Positions 1 through 9,761 of a stretch of 64,000 bases of DNA are shown in pieces (positions within the stretch are counted from its first letter, which is position 1; the number at the start of each line of letters is the position of its first letter). The stretch is from the NCBI GenBank assembly GCA_913045935.1, contig CAJWSY010000004.1:578-64577 (forward strand), read 5' to 3'. Origin of the DNA: an uncultured Chloroflexota bacterium. GTDB lineage: Bacteria > Chloroflexota > Dehalococcoidia > Lucifugimonadales > GCA-002694895. The position numbers and the translations under genes were made by a program. The notes beneath the pieces are model-generated. The model was not told the DNA's origin, ran no database searches, and saw only the letters and a program-made list of their open reading frames with translations.

Positions 1-26
1 TTATTTAATTGATTTTGTAACATAAG

Positions 27-902
27 TTGGAAAATAATTCTCTAAGATTAGGTGGACAAGCTTTACCTGAAGGAATATTAATTAAAGGCCCAATATTTAC
101 TGTAATTGCCTACAGAACCGAAAATGAAATCGAAACTGTATCTATAAAGTGGGGATTTAAAGTTGTAAACCAATTAAAGACTATTCCTTTTTTAAGAGGT
201 TTAATTACAATTGTTGAAACCATATCTTTATCTTTGAAATCAATATTTGTAATGGCCGAAATAACTGACGAAGAAGTTAATACAGATTCGGTTTTTTTTA
301 AGATTATCATTGGATTGATGTTTATTATCGTAATGATATTTACTATTGGTTTAGTGATTTTTATACCTAAGTTGGCTTCAAATGGATTAGTAAATCTGTT
401 GAATATAAAAGTATTTTTAAGTACTTGGATAGAGTTACTTATAAGATTTATGTTATTTTTTGTTTATATATATTTTTATAGATTTTTTTTAATAGGAAAG
501 AAAATGTTTAAATACCATGCTGCCGAGCATATGGCAATTCATGCATTTGAACATAAAAAAAAGTTAACAATTAACAATCTTAGAGAATTTCATAAAGAAC
601 ACCCAAGATGTGGCACAGCATTTTTAGCCTTTGTTTTTATCTATGCCAATATTATTTTCCATACATTAGTTTTTGATGTGAATTTTTTATTTATGATTAG
701 ATTATTTATATCTTTATTTGTTATTTCTCTAACTTATGAAACATTACTTGTTGGATGGAAATCAAATAATTTAATTGTTGGTAAAATTTTGAATTTACCG
801 GGGTTTTTATTGCAGAAAATTACCACTATAAAACCTGATGATAGCGACTTAGAATTGGCAATAATTGCTACAAAAAAATGTGTAGAATTACATAATGAAT
901 GA
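27..902 (+). CDS. DUF1385 family membrane protein (YqhQ-like)
   Basis: N-terminal GGQALPEGILIKGP plus HAAEHMAIH and HPRCGTAF motifs are typical of DUF1385. Several hydrophobic segments. TTG start. Confidence 0.75.
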   Translation: MENNSLRLGGQALPEGILIKGPIFTVIAYRTENEIETVSIKWGFKVVNQLKTIPFLRGLITIVETISLSLKSIFVMAEITDEEVNTDSVFFKIIIGLMFIIVMIFTIGLVIFIPKLASNGLVNLLNIKVFLSTWIELLIRFMLFFVYIYFYRFFLIGKKMFKYHAAEHMAIHAFEHKKKLTINNLREFHKEHPRCGTAFLAFVFIYANIIFHTLVFDVNFLFMIRLFISLFVISLTYETLLVGWKSNNLIVGKILNLPGFLLQKITTIKPDDSDLELAIIATKKCVELHNE

Positions 903-920
903 AGTTAACTTACGGTAAGA

Positions 921-1403
921 TTATTTGTTGATTCTGTAATTGTATAGTTTGTATTTTTGATTGATATATATTTCTGAATCTTTTTTTAAATTTTTAAAGA
1001 TTTTAATAAATTCACTTGATTGATCTTTTTCGCTAAGGATAGAAACCCACGTGTTTTTATTTAAGTTGTTTTCAAATTCAGTAATAAGTTTTTTATATGA
1101 ATCCCATTTGGTAATAAAAATTCCATCGACTAATATGTTATCTAATTTTTTTTGACCAGGCATTTGGTTTAATTCGACGTTTCCTAAATTTATTTTTTTT
1201 AACAAATTTTTCGTTATGTTAATTTGTTTTTTATCGGATTCATAAGCAATCACTTTCCCATCAAAAACAAATTTACCAAATAAAATAGGAAACAATCCCT
1301 CCTCAGCTCCAAGACATGCTATATTTTGATATGGCATTATTGGAATGGTAGCCAATATCTTATGCGTATCTATGCTATTTATGGACTCATTACTTTCAAT
1401 CAT
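921..1403 (-). CDS. hypothetical protein (weak class I methyltransferase / Rossmann-like pattern)
   Basis: 160-aa ORF packed between neighbours. IACLGAEEG followed by an acidic beta2 end (VIAYESD) and VDGIFI loosely resemble SAM-MTase motifs I, II and IV. No firm family call. Confidence 0.45.
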   Translation of the reverse strand: MIESNESINSIDTHKILATIPIMPYQNIACLGAEEGLFPILFGKFVFDGKVIAYESDKKQINITKNLLKKINLGNVELNQMPGQKKLDNILVDGIFITKWDSYKKLITEFENNLNKNTWVSILSEKDQSSEFIKIFKNLKKDSEIYINQKYKLYNYRINK

Positions 1404-1420
1404 TATTTAACCTCTTTAAG

Positions 1421-1984
1421 TTACTTGTTTGGTTCGAAGTATTTTCGTTCTTTTTCATTTTCAGGGATTCTTGCTAAATAAAACAATAAATCTGACAGTC
1501 TGTTTATATATTTTATTATATTTACATTTATTAGTTTTTCATAATTATTTAATTTTGCCAATGTTCTTTCTGCAGATCTTGTTTGTGCCCTTGCAAGATC
1601 TATAGCCGCTGATTGAATATTGCTGCCTGGAAATATAAATTTTGGTTTTAATTTGACTTGTTTGTCAATTTTATCTATTAAATTTTCTAATTTGATTACA
1701 GATTTTTCATTTACAAACTCTATCCCCCAATTAGTTTTCGATATTTTATAGTGGTCTTTGTTTGCAACAGATACTTCAGTAGATATAGTAAAAATATCAT
1801 TTTGTATATCTAATATTGTACTCGAAATAAATTGATTATCAGTAATCGCTCTGCACATTCCTAGATGAGAATTTACAATATCTAGCATCCCGTAAGCTTC
1901 GCATCTAATATCACTTTTGGATACTTTTTCCCCAAATAAAAGACTAGTATTTCCTTCATCGCCTGTTTTTGTGTATATTTTCAA
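1421..1984 (-). CDS. ATP:cob(I)alamin adenosyltransferase, PduO type
   Basis: N-terminus MKIYTKTGDEGNTSLLFG...VSKSD.R.EAYG is the hallmark of PduO/MMAB-type adenosyltransferases. Length 187 aa fits. Confidence 0.9.
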   Translation of the reverse strand: MKIYTKTGDEGNTSLLFGEKVSKSDIRCEAYGMLDIVNSHLGMCRAITDNQFISSTILDIQNDIFTISTEVSVANKDHYKISKTNWGIEFVNEKSVIKLENLIDKIDKQVKLKPKFIFPGSNIQSAAIDLARAQTRSAERTLAKLNNYEKLINVNIIKYINRLSDLLFYLARIPENEKERKYFEPNK

Positions 1985-2047
1985 ATTTAATCCTTTATAT
2001 TATTATTAACCTATTGAGATTAATAATATATTTTACAGGAGTTTCAA

Positions 2048-3385
2048 ATGTCTGAACAGAAGGTTGTTAAAGCAAAGTGGTTATTTGACATGGTAAGTGA
2101 TAAACCTATTGAAGATGGCGCTGTTATTTTTCAGAGCGGTGTTATTACTTTTTCAGGTAACTATGAAAAAATTAAGAATAAAATTCAACCCGATGCGAAA
2201 ATATATGATTTTAAAGATAAAATAATTATCCCTGGTATGGTTGATTGCCATACCCATCATAATGGATTTGGAGATGGCAGAAGTGGTGATGATGTAGGAT
2301 TAATTCCTGATGATGTGCTAGCAATTAAATCAGCTAAAAATGCTAAAACTAGTCTTTATTCAGGAGTAACCACTATTAGAGAAAATGGCCCTAAAAATAT
2401 GACTATGATGAGACTTAGAGATGCAGTAAATGGTGGATTAACAATCGCACCAAGGATGGTTTTATGCGGAAGGCCAATTTCAATTATTGGTGGACACATG
2501 GGATATTTTGGAGGAGAAGTTACAGGTGAAGATGAAAGCTTAGCTTTGGCAAGACAACTTATAAAAGAAGGTGCAGATTACTTCAAAATTACTGCAACTG
2601 GGGGATCTACAGCAACATCATTTCCTTTGAGGCCAAGTTTTTCAAAAAGTGAATTGTTTGCTGTTACAAATGAAGCAAAAAATTACGATATGCTTACAGC
2701 TACACATTGTTTGTCTACAGAAGGAACGGACTACTCTTTGGATGCTGGTGTAGATATGATTATTCATTGTAATTTTGACTTACCAAACGGGGAATCGAAA
2801 TTTGATCCTAAATTGACCGAAAAAATTGTTAAAAAAGATGCTTATGTTAACCCTACCCTTCATGTTGGAAGGGCAAGAGTTTGGAGTTTGATGGAAGGAA
2901 AAGATGCTGCATTAGGAGGATTTGAGAACAAAAGGCTTAATTCAATAAGTATAACCAAGGATAGGAAAAATATACTAGATGCTAGATTAGATATGGCTAA
3001 ATATGGATTGGAAACCAAATTAGACCATTGCAGACAAATGATTGATATGGGAGTAAAAGTTATTACGGGATCCGATTCTTCTTGGGGTGATTATGCTTTA
3101 GGAAACACTGTGCATGAGACTGAATTATTAGTGGAGGCTGGATATTCTAATATGGAAGGTTTGAAATCAGTAACAATAAACGCAGCAAAAGCATTAGGAC
3201 TTGAAAATCAGGTTGGAAGTATAGAAGTTGGAAAATCTGCGGATTTGGCAATATTAGACAAGAATCCTATAGAAGATATTAAAAATTTGAATTCAGTAAC
3301 AGAAGTGTTTTTCATGGGACAAAGTATAAGAAGAGGATCTGAAGACTCAAACAATTCTTATATTCAAAAATCACCTCAAATTTAA
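2048..3385 (+). CDS. amidohydrolase family protein (metal-dependent hydrolase, COG1228-like)
   Basis: PGMVDCHTH metal-binding motif, later HC and GSDS motifs, good SD (caggag). Substrate unknown. Confidence 0.8.
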   Translation: MSEQKVVKAKWLFDMVSDKPIEDGAVIFQSGVITFSGNYEKIKNKIQPDAKIYDFKDKIIIPGMVDCHTHHNGFGDGRSGDDVGLIPDDVLAIKSAKNAKTSLYSGVTTIRENGPKNMTMMRLRDAVNGGLTIAPRMVLCGRPISIIGGHMGYFGGEVTGEDESLALARQLIKEGADYFKITATGGSTATSFPLRPSFSKSELFAVTNEAKNYDMLTATHCLSTEGTDYSLDAGVDMIIHCNFDLPNGESKFDPKLTEKIVKKDAYVNPTLHVGRARVWSLMEGKDAALGGFENKRLNSISITKDRKNILDARLDMAKYGLETKLDHCRQMIDMGVKVITGSDSSWGDYALGNTVHETELLVEAGYSNMEGLKSVTINAAKALGLENQVGSIEVGKSADLAILDKNPIEDIKNLNSVTEVFFMGQSIRRGSEDSNNSYIQKSPQI

Positions 3386-3396
3386 AGGAGTATATT

Positions 3397-4662
3397 ATGG
3401 ATAAAATAAATAATGATATGTTAGTAATTCAGGTTGGTGAATTGATAGATGGGATATCAAGCGAATCAAAAAAGAATATAAGCATAGTAATTAGTGGGAA
3501 TTCAATTGTAGATATTAAACCAACTGGGGAACTTTCTATTCCATCTGATTTAGATCATAAATTAATTGACTATTCAGATAAAACTATTTTACCAGGATTA
3601 GTTGATTCGCATGTACACTTAACTGGAATAGGAGACGGGAGAAGCGGTGATGAGTTATCAACATTACCAGACGAGGTTTTATCGATTAATATGGCAAATA
3701 ATGCAAAAAAACATTTACATTCTGGAGTAACAACTGTTAGAGATTGTGGAGCTAAAAATGATACTGCATTTCATTTAAGAACTGCTGCGGAGATGGGGAT
3801 TATTGATACCCCTAGACTAGTTTTGAGTGGCAGACCTTTAGCAATCATTGGAGGACATCTAAGTTATTTTGGAGAACAAATAACGGGTGTAAATGAATGT
3901 CGAGCTGCTGTGAGATATTTGATTAAACAAGGAGCTGATTTTATTAAAGTTACAGCTTCCGGTGGAAGTACGAAAACATCTTTTCCCCTTAAACCAAGTT
4001 TTTCGCAACAAGAATTAAATGTAATTGTTGAAGAAGCGCACAAATTTGGGAAGCATGTTGCTGCACATTGTCATAATTCTGAAGCAATGGTCAGATCTTT
4101 AAATGCAGGAGTTGATACTATTATTCATGGAGTTTTTAAAGAACCAGATGGAACAAATAAGTATAGGGAAGATATTACAGAATTGATGTTAGAGAAAAAT
4201 ACTTATGTTAATCCTACTTTAGGTCCAGGAATGATGAGAGTCCAAGTAATGGAAAATAAAAAACAACAAGGGAATTTTTCAGAATTTGATCAAGAAGAAA
4301 TGGATCAAATCTTATTTGAACATGAATACAGAATGAAGTGTTTTAGTAAAATGCATGAATCTGGGGTACCTATGTCAGCCGGGTCTGATTCTGCTTGGGG
4401 AGCTTATGAGATGGGTAATTTTTTCTTAGATATTGAAGGTCATGTTATCGGTGGTCAAACTCCTATGCAAGCAATTCAATCTGCAACAAGTATAGCTTCA
4501 AAATCTTGTTGGATAGATGATAGTCTTGGGTCAATCGAAACAGGCAAACTCGCTGATTTGATTGTATTAGATGAAAGTCCAATAAATCAGATAGAAAATT
4601 TACGAACTGTATCTGAGGTAATAAAGAATGGAGAATTTGTAGATAGAAATAATTTATTGTAG
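3397..4662 (+). CDS. amidohydrolase family protein (paralog of the preceding gene)
   Basis: PGLVDSHVH, GDGRSGDE, IKVTASGGSTKTSFPLKPSFS and AGSDSAWG align block by block with the upstream paralog. Confidence 0.8.
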   Translation: MDKINNDMLVIQVGELIDGISSESKKNISIVISGNSIVDIKPTGELSIPSDLDHKLIDYSDKTILPGLVDSHVHLTGIGDGRSGDELSTLPDEVLSINMANNAKKHLHSGVTTVRDCGAKNDTAFHLRTAAEMGIIDTPRLVLSGRPLAIIGGHLSYFGEQITGVNECRAAVRYLIKQGADFIKVTASGGSTKTSFPLKPSFSQQELNVIVEEAHKFGKHVAAHCHNSEAMVRSLNAGVDTIIHGVFKEPDGTNKYREDITELMLEKNTYVNPTLGPGMMRVQVMENKKQQGNFSEFDQEEMDQILFEHEYRMKCFSKMHESGVPMSAGSDSAWGAYEMGNFFLDIEGHVIGGQTPMQAIQSATSIASKSCWIDDSLGSIETGKLADLIVLDESPINQIENLRTVSEVIKNGEFVDRNNLL

Positions 4663-5478
4663 TCCGCAAAAATTTTCGTAGTTAATTAATTCTTTTACGC
4701 TTGGTTTTTGTCCACATAGAACACAATCAGGATTTTGTTTGTATTTTATTGTTTTAAATTGTATATTGAGAGCGTCAATCAATAATAGTTTATTCGTTAA
4801 ATTTTCTCCAATATTTAGAATTAGTTTAACTGTTTCAGTTGCTTGAATACTTCCAACAATTCCAGGTAACATGCCTAATACTCCTGCTTCTGCACAGCTT
4901 GGAACCTCTCCCGGCTTTGGAGGGTTCGGAAATAGGCACCTATAGCATCCTTGATTTGGTTGGTATGTGCTTAATTGTCCTTCAAAAAGTAAAATACTTC
5001 CATCAACTAATGGTTTTTTACTGAAATATGCAGCATCGTTTGCTAAGTATCTTGCAGGGAAATTGTCAGCTCCATTTATGATTACATCGTAATCAGCAAA
5101 AACTTCCAATGCATTTTCGGAAGAGAGAGCATAATCATAGGTTTTAATTTCCAAATCACTGTTATAGGAAAGTAGCGTATTTTTAGCGGATTGTGTTTTT
5201 TTAAGACCTATATCTTTTTCAGTATGCAGTAACTGTCTTTGTAAGTTTGATATTTCAACTGAATCCATATCAATTATTCCAATTTCTCCTATCCCAGCTA
5301 GTGCTAAATATATACTAACAGGAGATCCCAGCCCTCCTGCACCAATTATCAAAATTTTAGAATTTAATAATTTTCTTTGACCAATACTTCCTATTTGCGG
5401 CATTACAATATGCCTGCTATATTTTTGTATTTGTTTGGGTGTTAATTTATAATTTAATTTACTATTTTCTTTATTCAC
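4654..5478 (-). CDS. moeB: MoeB/ThiF/HesA family adenylyltransferase (molybdopterin-synthase or sulfur-carrier activating E1-like enzyme)
   Basis: YSRHI...IG..GQ..L, Rossmann GAGGLGSP, and two Cys pairs (CYRC and CVLCG) typical of the MoeB/ThiF zinc site. GTG start. MoeB versus ThiF cannot be resolved from sequence alone. Confidence 0.75.
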   Translation of the reverse strand: MNKENSKLNYKLTPKQIQKYSRHIVMPQIGSIGQRKLLNSKILIIGAGGLGSPVSIYLALAGIGEIGIIDMDSVEISNLQRQLLHTEKDIGLKKTQSAKNTLLSYNSDLEIKTYDYALSSENALEVFADYDVIINGADNFPARYLANDAAYFSKKPLVDGSILLFEGQLSTYQPNQGCYRCLFPNPPKPGEVPSCAEAGVLGMLPGIVGSIQATETVKLILNIGENLTNKLLLIDALNIQFKTIKYKQNPDCVLCGQKPSVKELINYENFCGLQ

Positions 5479-5488
5479 TTTTATATTT

Positions 5489-6259
5489 TTGATTAAAACA
5501 AGATTTACCTTAATTATACTTACTTTAGCAATAGTTACCGTATTGTTAACTTTATCTTCCTTTTTTAGTAAAGAAGATAAAAAAGTTTTTATATTTGCTG
5601 CTGTGAGTTTAACAGAACCATTAGAGGAAATTAAAGATATATTTTATCAACAAAATAATATATCAATAATATTAAACTTTGGAGGCTCACAAACGCTAGC
5701 TGCTCAAATATCAAGAGGAGCCTCTCCTGATATATTTATACCTGCAGGAATGTCTCCTTACAAATTTATCAAAGAAAAAGATATTAAAATTTATTCTGAC
5801 AATGTTTTAATTTCAAACAAATTAATTTTTGTGTCAAATCAAAGTATAAACAATTGGGAAAACTTGAATGTTGAAGAATTATTGACTTCTGCAAAAATCA
5901 ATAGAATTGCTATTGCTGATCCTGAGTTGGCACCTGCGGGCCAATATTCTTTTCAAGTTTTAGATAATATGAAGTTATTAACAAAAATAGAAGATAAAAT
6001 CATTAAAACTAAAAATGTAAGAGATGCTGTTAATTATATGAGATTAGGTTTGGCAGAAGGTGTCTTTGCGTACAATACAGATTTTAATGATTATCAACAG
6101 AATTTTAATAAAAAATTAATATCTGAAGAATTATATAATAAAGTTCAATATCCTTTAATTATTTTGAATAATTCAAAAGATATTAATGAATTTTTATATT
6201 TTTTAAATGGTAGTATAGCAAAAGATATTTTTATCAAATATGGATTTAGTAACCCTTAA
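5489..6259 (+). CDS. modA: molybdate ABC transporter substrate-binding protein
   Basis: Signal/anchor peptide, then FAAVSL...NFGGSQTLAAQI..GASPDIFIPAG, characteristic of ModA. Followed by modB and modC. TTG start. Confidence 0.85.
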   Translation: MIKTRFTLIILTLAIVTVLLTLSSFFSKEDKKVFIFAAVSLTEPLEEIKDIFYQQNNISIILNFGGSQTLAAQISRGASPDIFIPAGMSPYKFIKEKDIKIYSDNVLISNKLIFVSNQSINNWENLNVEELLTSAKINRIAIADPELAPAGQYSFQVLDNMKLLTKIEDKIIKTKNVRDAVNYMRLGLAEGVFAYNTDFNDYQQNFNKKLISEELYNKVQYPLIILNNSKDINEFLYFLNGSIAKDIFIKYGFSNP

Positions 6260-6266
6260 ATAAATT

Positions 6267-6932
6267 ATGGTAATAGAATCGCTTATATTAACTTTAGAGA
6301 TAGCTATAATTGCAACATTTATTAATATCCCAATTTCATTTTTATGCGCTGTTATTGCTACCAGATCTAATAATGAAACTGCTAAATTTTTGATTGATAT
6401 AATTGTTTCTCTTCCTTTGGTTTTACCTCCTGTGGTTTTAGGTTATTTTCTTTTGATAACGTTTAGTCCCTCAGGTTTAATTGGTGGGATGCTCGATGCG
6501 TTAGGTTTTGAAATAGTATTTACAAAATTTGCTGCTGTATTAGCCTGTGCCCTAGTTTCATTTCCTTTGATGTCTAGGGCGTTTATTATTTCCATTCAAT
6601 CCGTAAACAAAGATCTTGAAAAAATAGCAAGATCATTAGGATCTAGTAATATAAATACATTTTTTACCATAACAATAAGAGAAAGTAAATTTGGAATATC
6701 AGGAGGTATACTTTTAGGTTTCGCTAGAGCTTTAGGAGAATTTGGAGCTACGATTATTTTTGCAGGAAATATTGAAGGAGTTTCCAGAACAATTCCATTA
6801 GCAATATTTCAATCCATTCAAACAGGTGATGATCAAAATTTGACATTACTTATTTTGTGCTCAGTTATTTTGGGAATACTTTCAGTTTCTATCAACAATA
6901 TATTAATTCAACGTTCAAAAAAAAATAAATGA
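6267..6932 (+). CDS. modB: molybdate ABC transporter permease
   Basis: Multi-TM protein with EAA-type loop (ARSLG....FF.IT) and FAGNIEGVSRTIPLAIF as in ModB. Confidence 0.85.
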   Translation: MVIESLILTLEIAIIATFINIPISFLCAVIATRSNNETAKFLIDIIVSLPLVLPPVVLGYFLLITFSPSGLIGGMLDALGFEIVFTKFAAVLACALVSFPLMSRAFIISIQSVNKDLEKIARSLGSSNINTFFTITIRESKFGISGGILLGFARALGEFGATIIFAGNIEGVSRTIPLAIFQSIQTGDDQNLTLLILCSVILGILSVSINNILIQRSKKNK

Positions 6933-7957
6933 GTTTAATAAATATAAATATTAAAAAATACTACAATAATTTTGGCTTAACATGTGATTTTAGTATAAGT
7001 AATGGTATTACTGGAATATTTGGACCTTCCGGTTCAGGTAAATCAACTTTACTAAATGCATTAGCTGGATTTATCAAACCTGATTTAGGCCAAATTTCAA
7101 TTCAAAGTCAAAGTTTTTTTGATTCAAATAAAAAAATTAATATTCCGCCCGACAAACGAAATATTGGATATGTTACTCAAAAAGCTAATTTATTTCCTTC
7201 TATGAGTGTTGATGAGAATATTAATTATGGTTATAAAAAACAAAATAAAATCAAATTAAATAGGATAATAGATATTATGAACCTAAATAATTTAATGGAA
7301 AAGTTACCGGGAGAAATTTCAGGTGGGCAATCGCAAAAAGTTGCAATTGCAAGAGCATTGGCTAGCAATCCTAGTGTTATTTTAATGGATGAACCATTAT
7401 CAGAGTTAGATTTAAATTCAAAACTTATGATTTTAGATTATTTAAAAAAAATTCACATAGAATATAAAATTCCTATTATCTATGTTTCGCATGATATTGC
7501 AGAAATGATTGCTATTTGTGACAATGTATTTTTAATAAACAGAGGCTCAATTACAAAAAACATATCACCTACTGAGTTGATTTATGAAAATTCCAACGAA
7601 TCTGATTTTCAAAATATATACAGTGTAGTTTTGGATAATGAAAAAAATTTAAAACTTAACAATCAAACTATACAAATTAACGAACCTGTTGAAAATAATC
7701 ATTTAACTATTATGATTCCGTCTTCTTCTGTTATGGTCGCAAATATTGAAAACAATTTTTTGTTATCAGACAATGTTTTCGATGGCATTTTAAAAAATAT
7801 CGTTGAATTTGATTCTCATATAAAATTAGTATGTGACGTTGGTTTTGAAATTATTGCAGATATATCAAAAGAATATTATCAAAAATCAAATATGAAATTG
7901 AATGATAAAATATGTGTTATATTTAAATCTATTAGTGTAGTTATATCTAAAAGTTAA
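6929..7957 (+). CDS. modC: molybdate ABC transporter ATP-binding protein with C-terminal Mop/TOBE-like domain
   Basis: Walker A GPSGSGKST, signature ISGGQSQKVAIARAL, Walker B ILMDEP. About 120 aa C-terminal extension as in ModC. 4-nt overlap with modB. Confidence 0.85.
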   Translation: MSLININIKKYYNNFGLTCDFSISNGITGIFGPSGSGKSTLLNALAGFIKPDLGQISIQSQSFFDSNKKINIPPDKRNIGYVTQKANLFPSMSVDENINYGYKKQNKIKLNRIIDIMNLNNLMEKLPGEISGGQSQKVAIARALASNPSVILMDEPLSELDLNSKLMILDYLKKIHIEYKIPIIYVSHDIAEMIAICDNVFLINRGSITKNISPTELIYENSNESDFQNIYSVVLDNEKNLKLNNQTIQINEPVENNHLTIMIPSSSVMVANIENNFLLSDNVFDGILKNIVEFDSHIKLVCDVGFEIIADISKEYYQKSNMKLNDKICVIFKSISVVISKS

Positions 7958-7968
7958 ATTGTTATATT

Positions 7969-8817
7969 ATGGAATTTAGTAAAAAACTTTCAAACATTGT
8001 GAGAAAAAATTCTTCAATACTTGTTGTTGGCTTGGATCCCGATCCTACAAAAATGCCAGTCTCAAATATTTTTGAATTCAACAAAACAATAATTGACAAC
8101 ACGATTGATGTTGTTTGTGCCTATAAACCGAACTTTGCATTTTATGAGAGTAGCGGATTAGAAGGAACCAAAGCACTTTATAAAACTGTTGAATACATAA
8201 GATCTAAAAACTCAAATATTGTAACCATTGCAGATGCTAAAAGAGGAGATATTGGAAATACAAATAAAAAATATGCTTTTTCCATATTTGATGAAATGGG
8301 ATTTGATGCCGTGACATTAAATCCATTTGGAGGTAAAGAATCCCTTGATCCATTCGTTGATTATGTTGATAAAGGTATTTTTATTTGGTGCAGATCTTCT
8401 AATCCATTATCTGAAGAACTGCAAAAGCTAAAACTAGATCAATCATATGGTGTTAAATATTTTTATGAATATTTATCCATTTTGATTTATAAATGGTATG
8501 GTACGAATGATAATGTTGGATTGGTAGCTGGTGCCACTAATGTTGGCGATATTTTAAATTTAAAAAAAATTAGCGAAAAATTTGAAAGCAATCCAACATA
8601 TCTAATCCCAGGAGTAGGTAGCCAGGGAGGAAGCTTGGAAGAAGTTGTCAGTGTATTGGGCAAAATCAAGATTTCAGATCAACAATTAAAAATCCCTTAT
8701 TTGATTAATTCTTCCAGATCAATAATTTACGCGTCAGTTGATGATAATTACGCTAAATCTGCAAGAAATTCTGCTTTGAAATTTGTTGAGAAGACAAAAA
8801 AAATAGCATTTGAGTAA
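7969..8817 (+). CDS. pyrF: orotidine 5'-phosphate decarboxylase (type 2)
   Basis: VVGLDPD, KPNFAFYE and ADAKRGDIGNT motifs. The 282-aa long-form length fits. Confidence 0.9.
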   Translation: MEFSKKLSNIVRKNSSILVVGLDPDPTKMPVSNIFEFNKTIIDNTIDVVCAYKPNFAFYESSGLEGTKALYKTVEYIRSKNSNIVTIADAKRGDIGNTNKKYAFSIFDEMGFDAVTLNPFGGKESLDPFVDYVDKGIFIWCRSSNPLSEELQKLKLDQSYGVKYFYEYLSILIYKWYGTNDNVGLVAGATNVGDILNLKKISEKFESNPTYLIPGVGSQGGSLEEVVSVLGKIKISDQQLKIPYLINSSRSIIYASVDDNYAKSARNSALKFVEKTKKIAFE

Positions 8818-8934
8818 GGTAAGTTTGTAAAAAAATTGTTTAAGCTTTTATTCTTTTACAGTCTCTATTGTTCAGATGAAAAAAATGGAATATACTAAAC
8901 CATAGATTTTACTTAATTCTATAGGGTATTTTTA

Positions 8935-9468
8935 ATGTTTGAAATGGTAATAGACAGTATTAGAGTTAGTCTAATGAATTACCAAAGAGTTGTTATTTTG
9001 AAAGAAAAACATTCTAAGAGATATCTTCCAATGTGGATTGGGACCAATGAAGCTGAAGCTATAGCTTTGAAATTAGAAGATGTTTCAGTTCCGCGACCTA
9101 TGACTCATGATTTGTTGTGTAATTCATTTGAATCTTTAGGAGCAAGACTGGATTATGTTGTTGTGAGTGATGTGAACCATGAAGATACATTTATGGCTAA
9201 ATTAGTCTTAGATTTTAAGGGGGACTTGATTGAAATAGACTCAAGACCTAGTGATGCGTTAGCATTAGCAGTAAGAACGAATGCTCCTATTTATGCTGAA
9301 GATAAGGTACTTGACAAAGCTGGGCTTGAATTAGATAAAAATGAGGAAGGACTGAAATCTACCGAAAAGTTTCCAAATACCAATGATAAAAAAACAAGTG
9401 ATCAAAAAGAGTTAAAACTATCTGCTTTTGATGAATTTATGGAAGAATTAGATTTAGACGATTTTTAA
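8935..9468 (+). CDS. bifunctional nuclease (BFN/DUF151) family protein
   Basis: LPMWIG..EA.AI and RPMTHDLL...DSRPSDALALA motifs of the BFN domain. Acidic C-terminal tail. Confidence 0.8.
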   Translation: MFEMVIDSIRVSLMNYQRVVILKEKHSKRYLPMWIGTNEAEAIALKLEDVSVPRPMTHDLLCNSFESLGARLDYVVVSDVNHEDTFMAKLVLDFKGDLIEIDSRPSDALALAVRTNAPIYAEDKVLDKAGLELDKNEEGLKSTEKFPNTNDKKTSDQKELKLSAFDEFMEELDLDDF

Positions 9469-9494
9469 AAAATGTATTTGTTTGACCGTGCCAA

Positions 9495-9755
9495 ATGTAT
9501 ATGATAGGATTTAAAAGTTTTGAGGAGAGTGATTTGGGGTCTAGGAAACTAATATTAGCTTTTCAATTAATAGGAATTGGGTGGTTTGTTGCTGTGTGTT
9601 TAATAGGAGGAGCCTTAATAGGAAAATGGATTTCAGGATTTTTTACCTTCTCAAAATCTGAACCTGTGTTTTTAGTAGTAGGATTGCTTTTTGGAATATT
9701 TACTGCAGGATGGGGGACATTTAAATTAATTAATATTTTATTGAAATCAGATTAA
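9495..9755 (+). CDS. atpZ: AtpZ/AtpI-type small membrane protein of the ATP synthase operon
   Basis: 86 aa, two TM helices, immediately upstream of atpB. The exact start is uncertain (ATG at 9495 or 9501). Confidence 0.65.
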   Translation: MYMIGFKSFEESDLGSRKLILAFQLIGIGWFVAVCLIGGALIGKWISGFFTFSKSEPVFLVVGLLFGIFTAGWGTFKLINILLKSD

Positions 9756-9761
9756 GAATTA

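Noticed and set aside
1985-2047. Cobalamin riboswitch upstream of the PduO-type adenosyltransferase, and the inverted repeat TTATTAA-N10-TTAATAA in the divergent spacer
   Set aside because: The 63-nt spacer is far too short for a B12 riboswitch. The 7-bp AT-only inverted repeat is expected by chance at this base composition.
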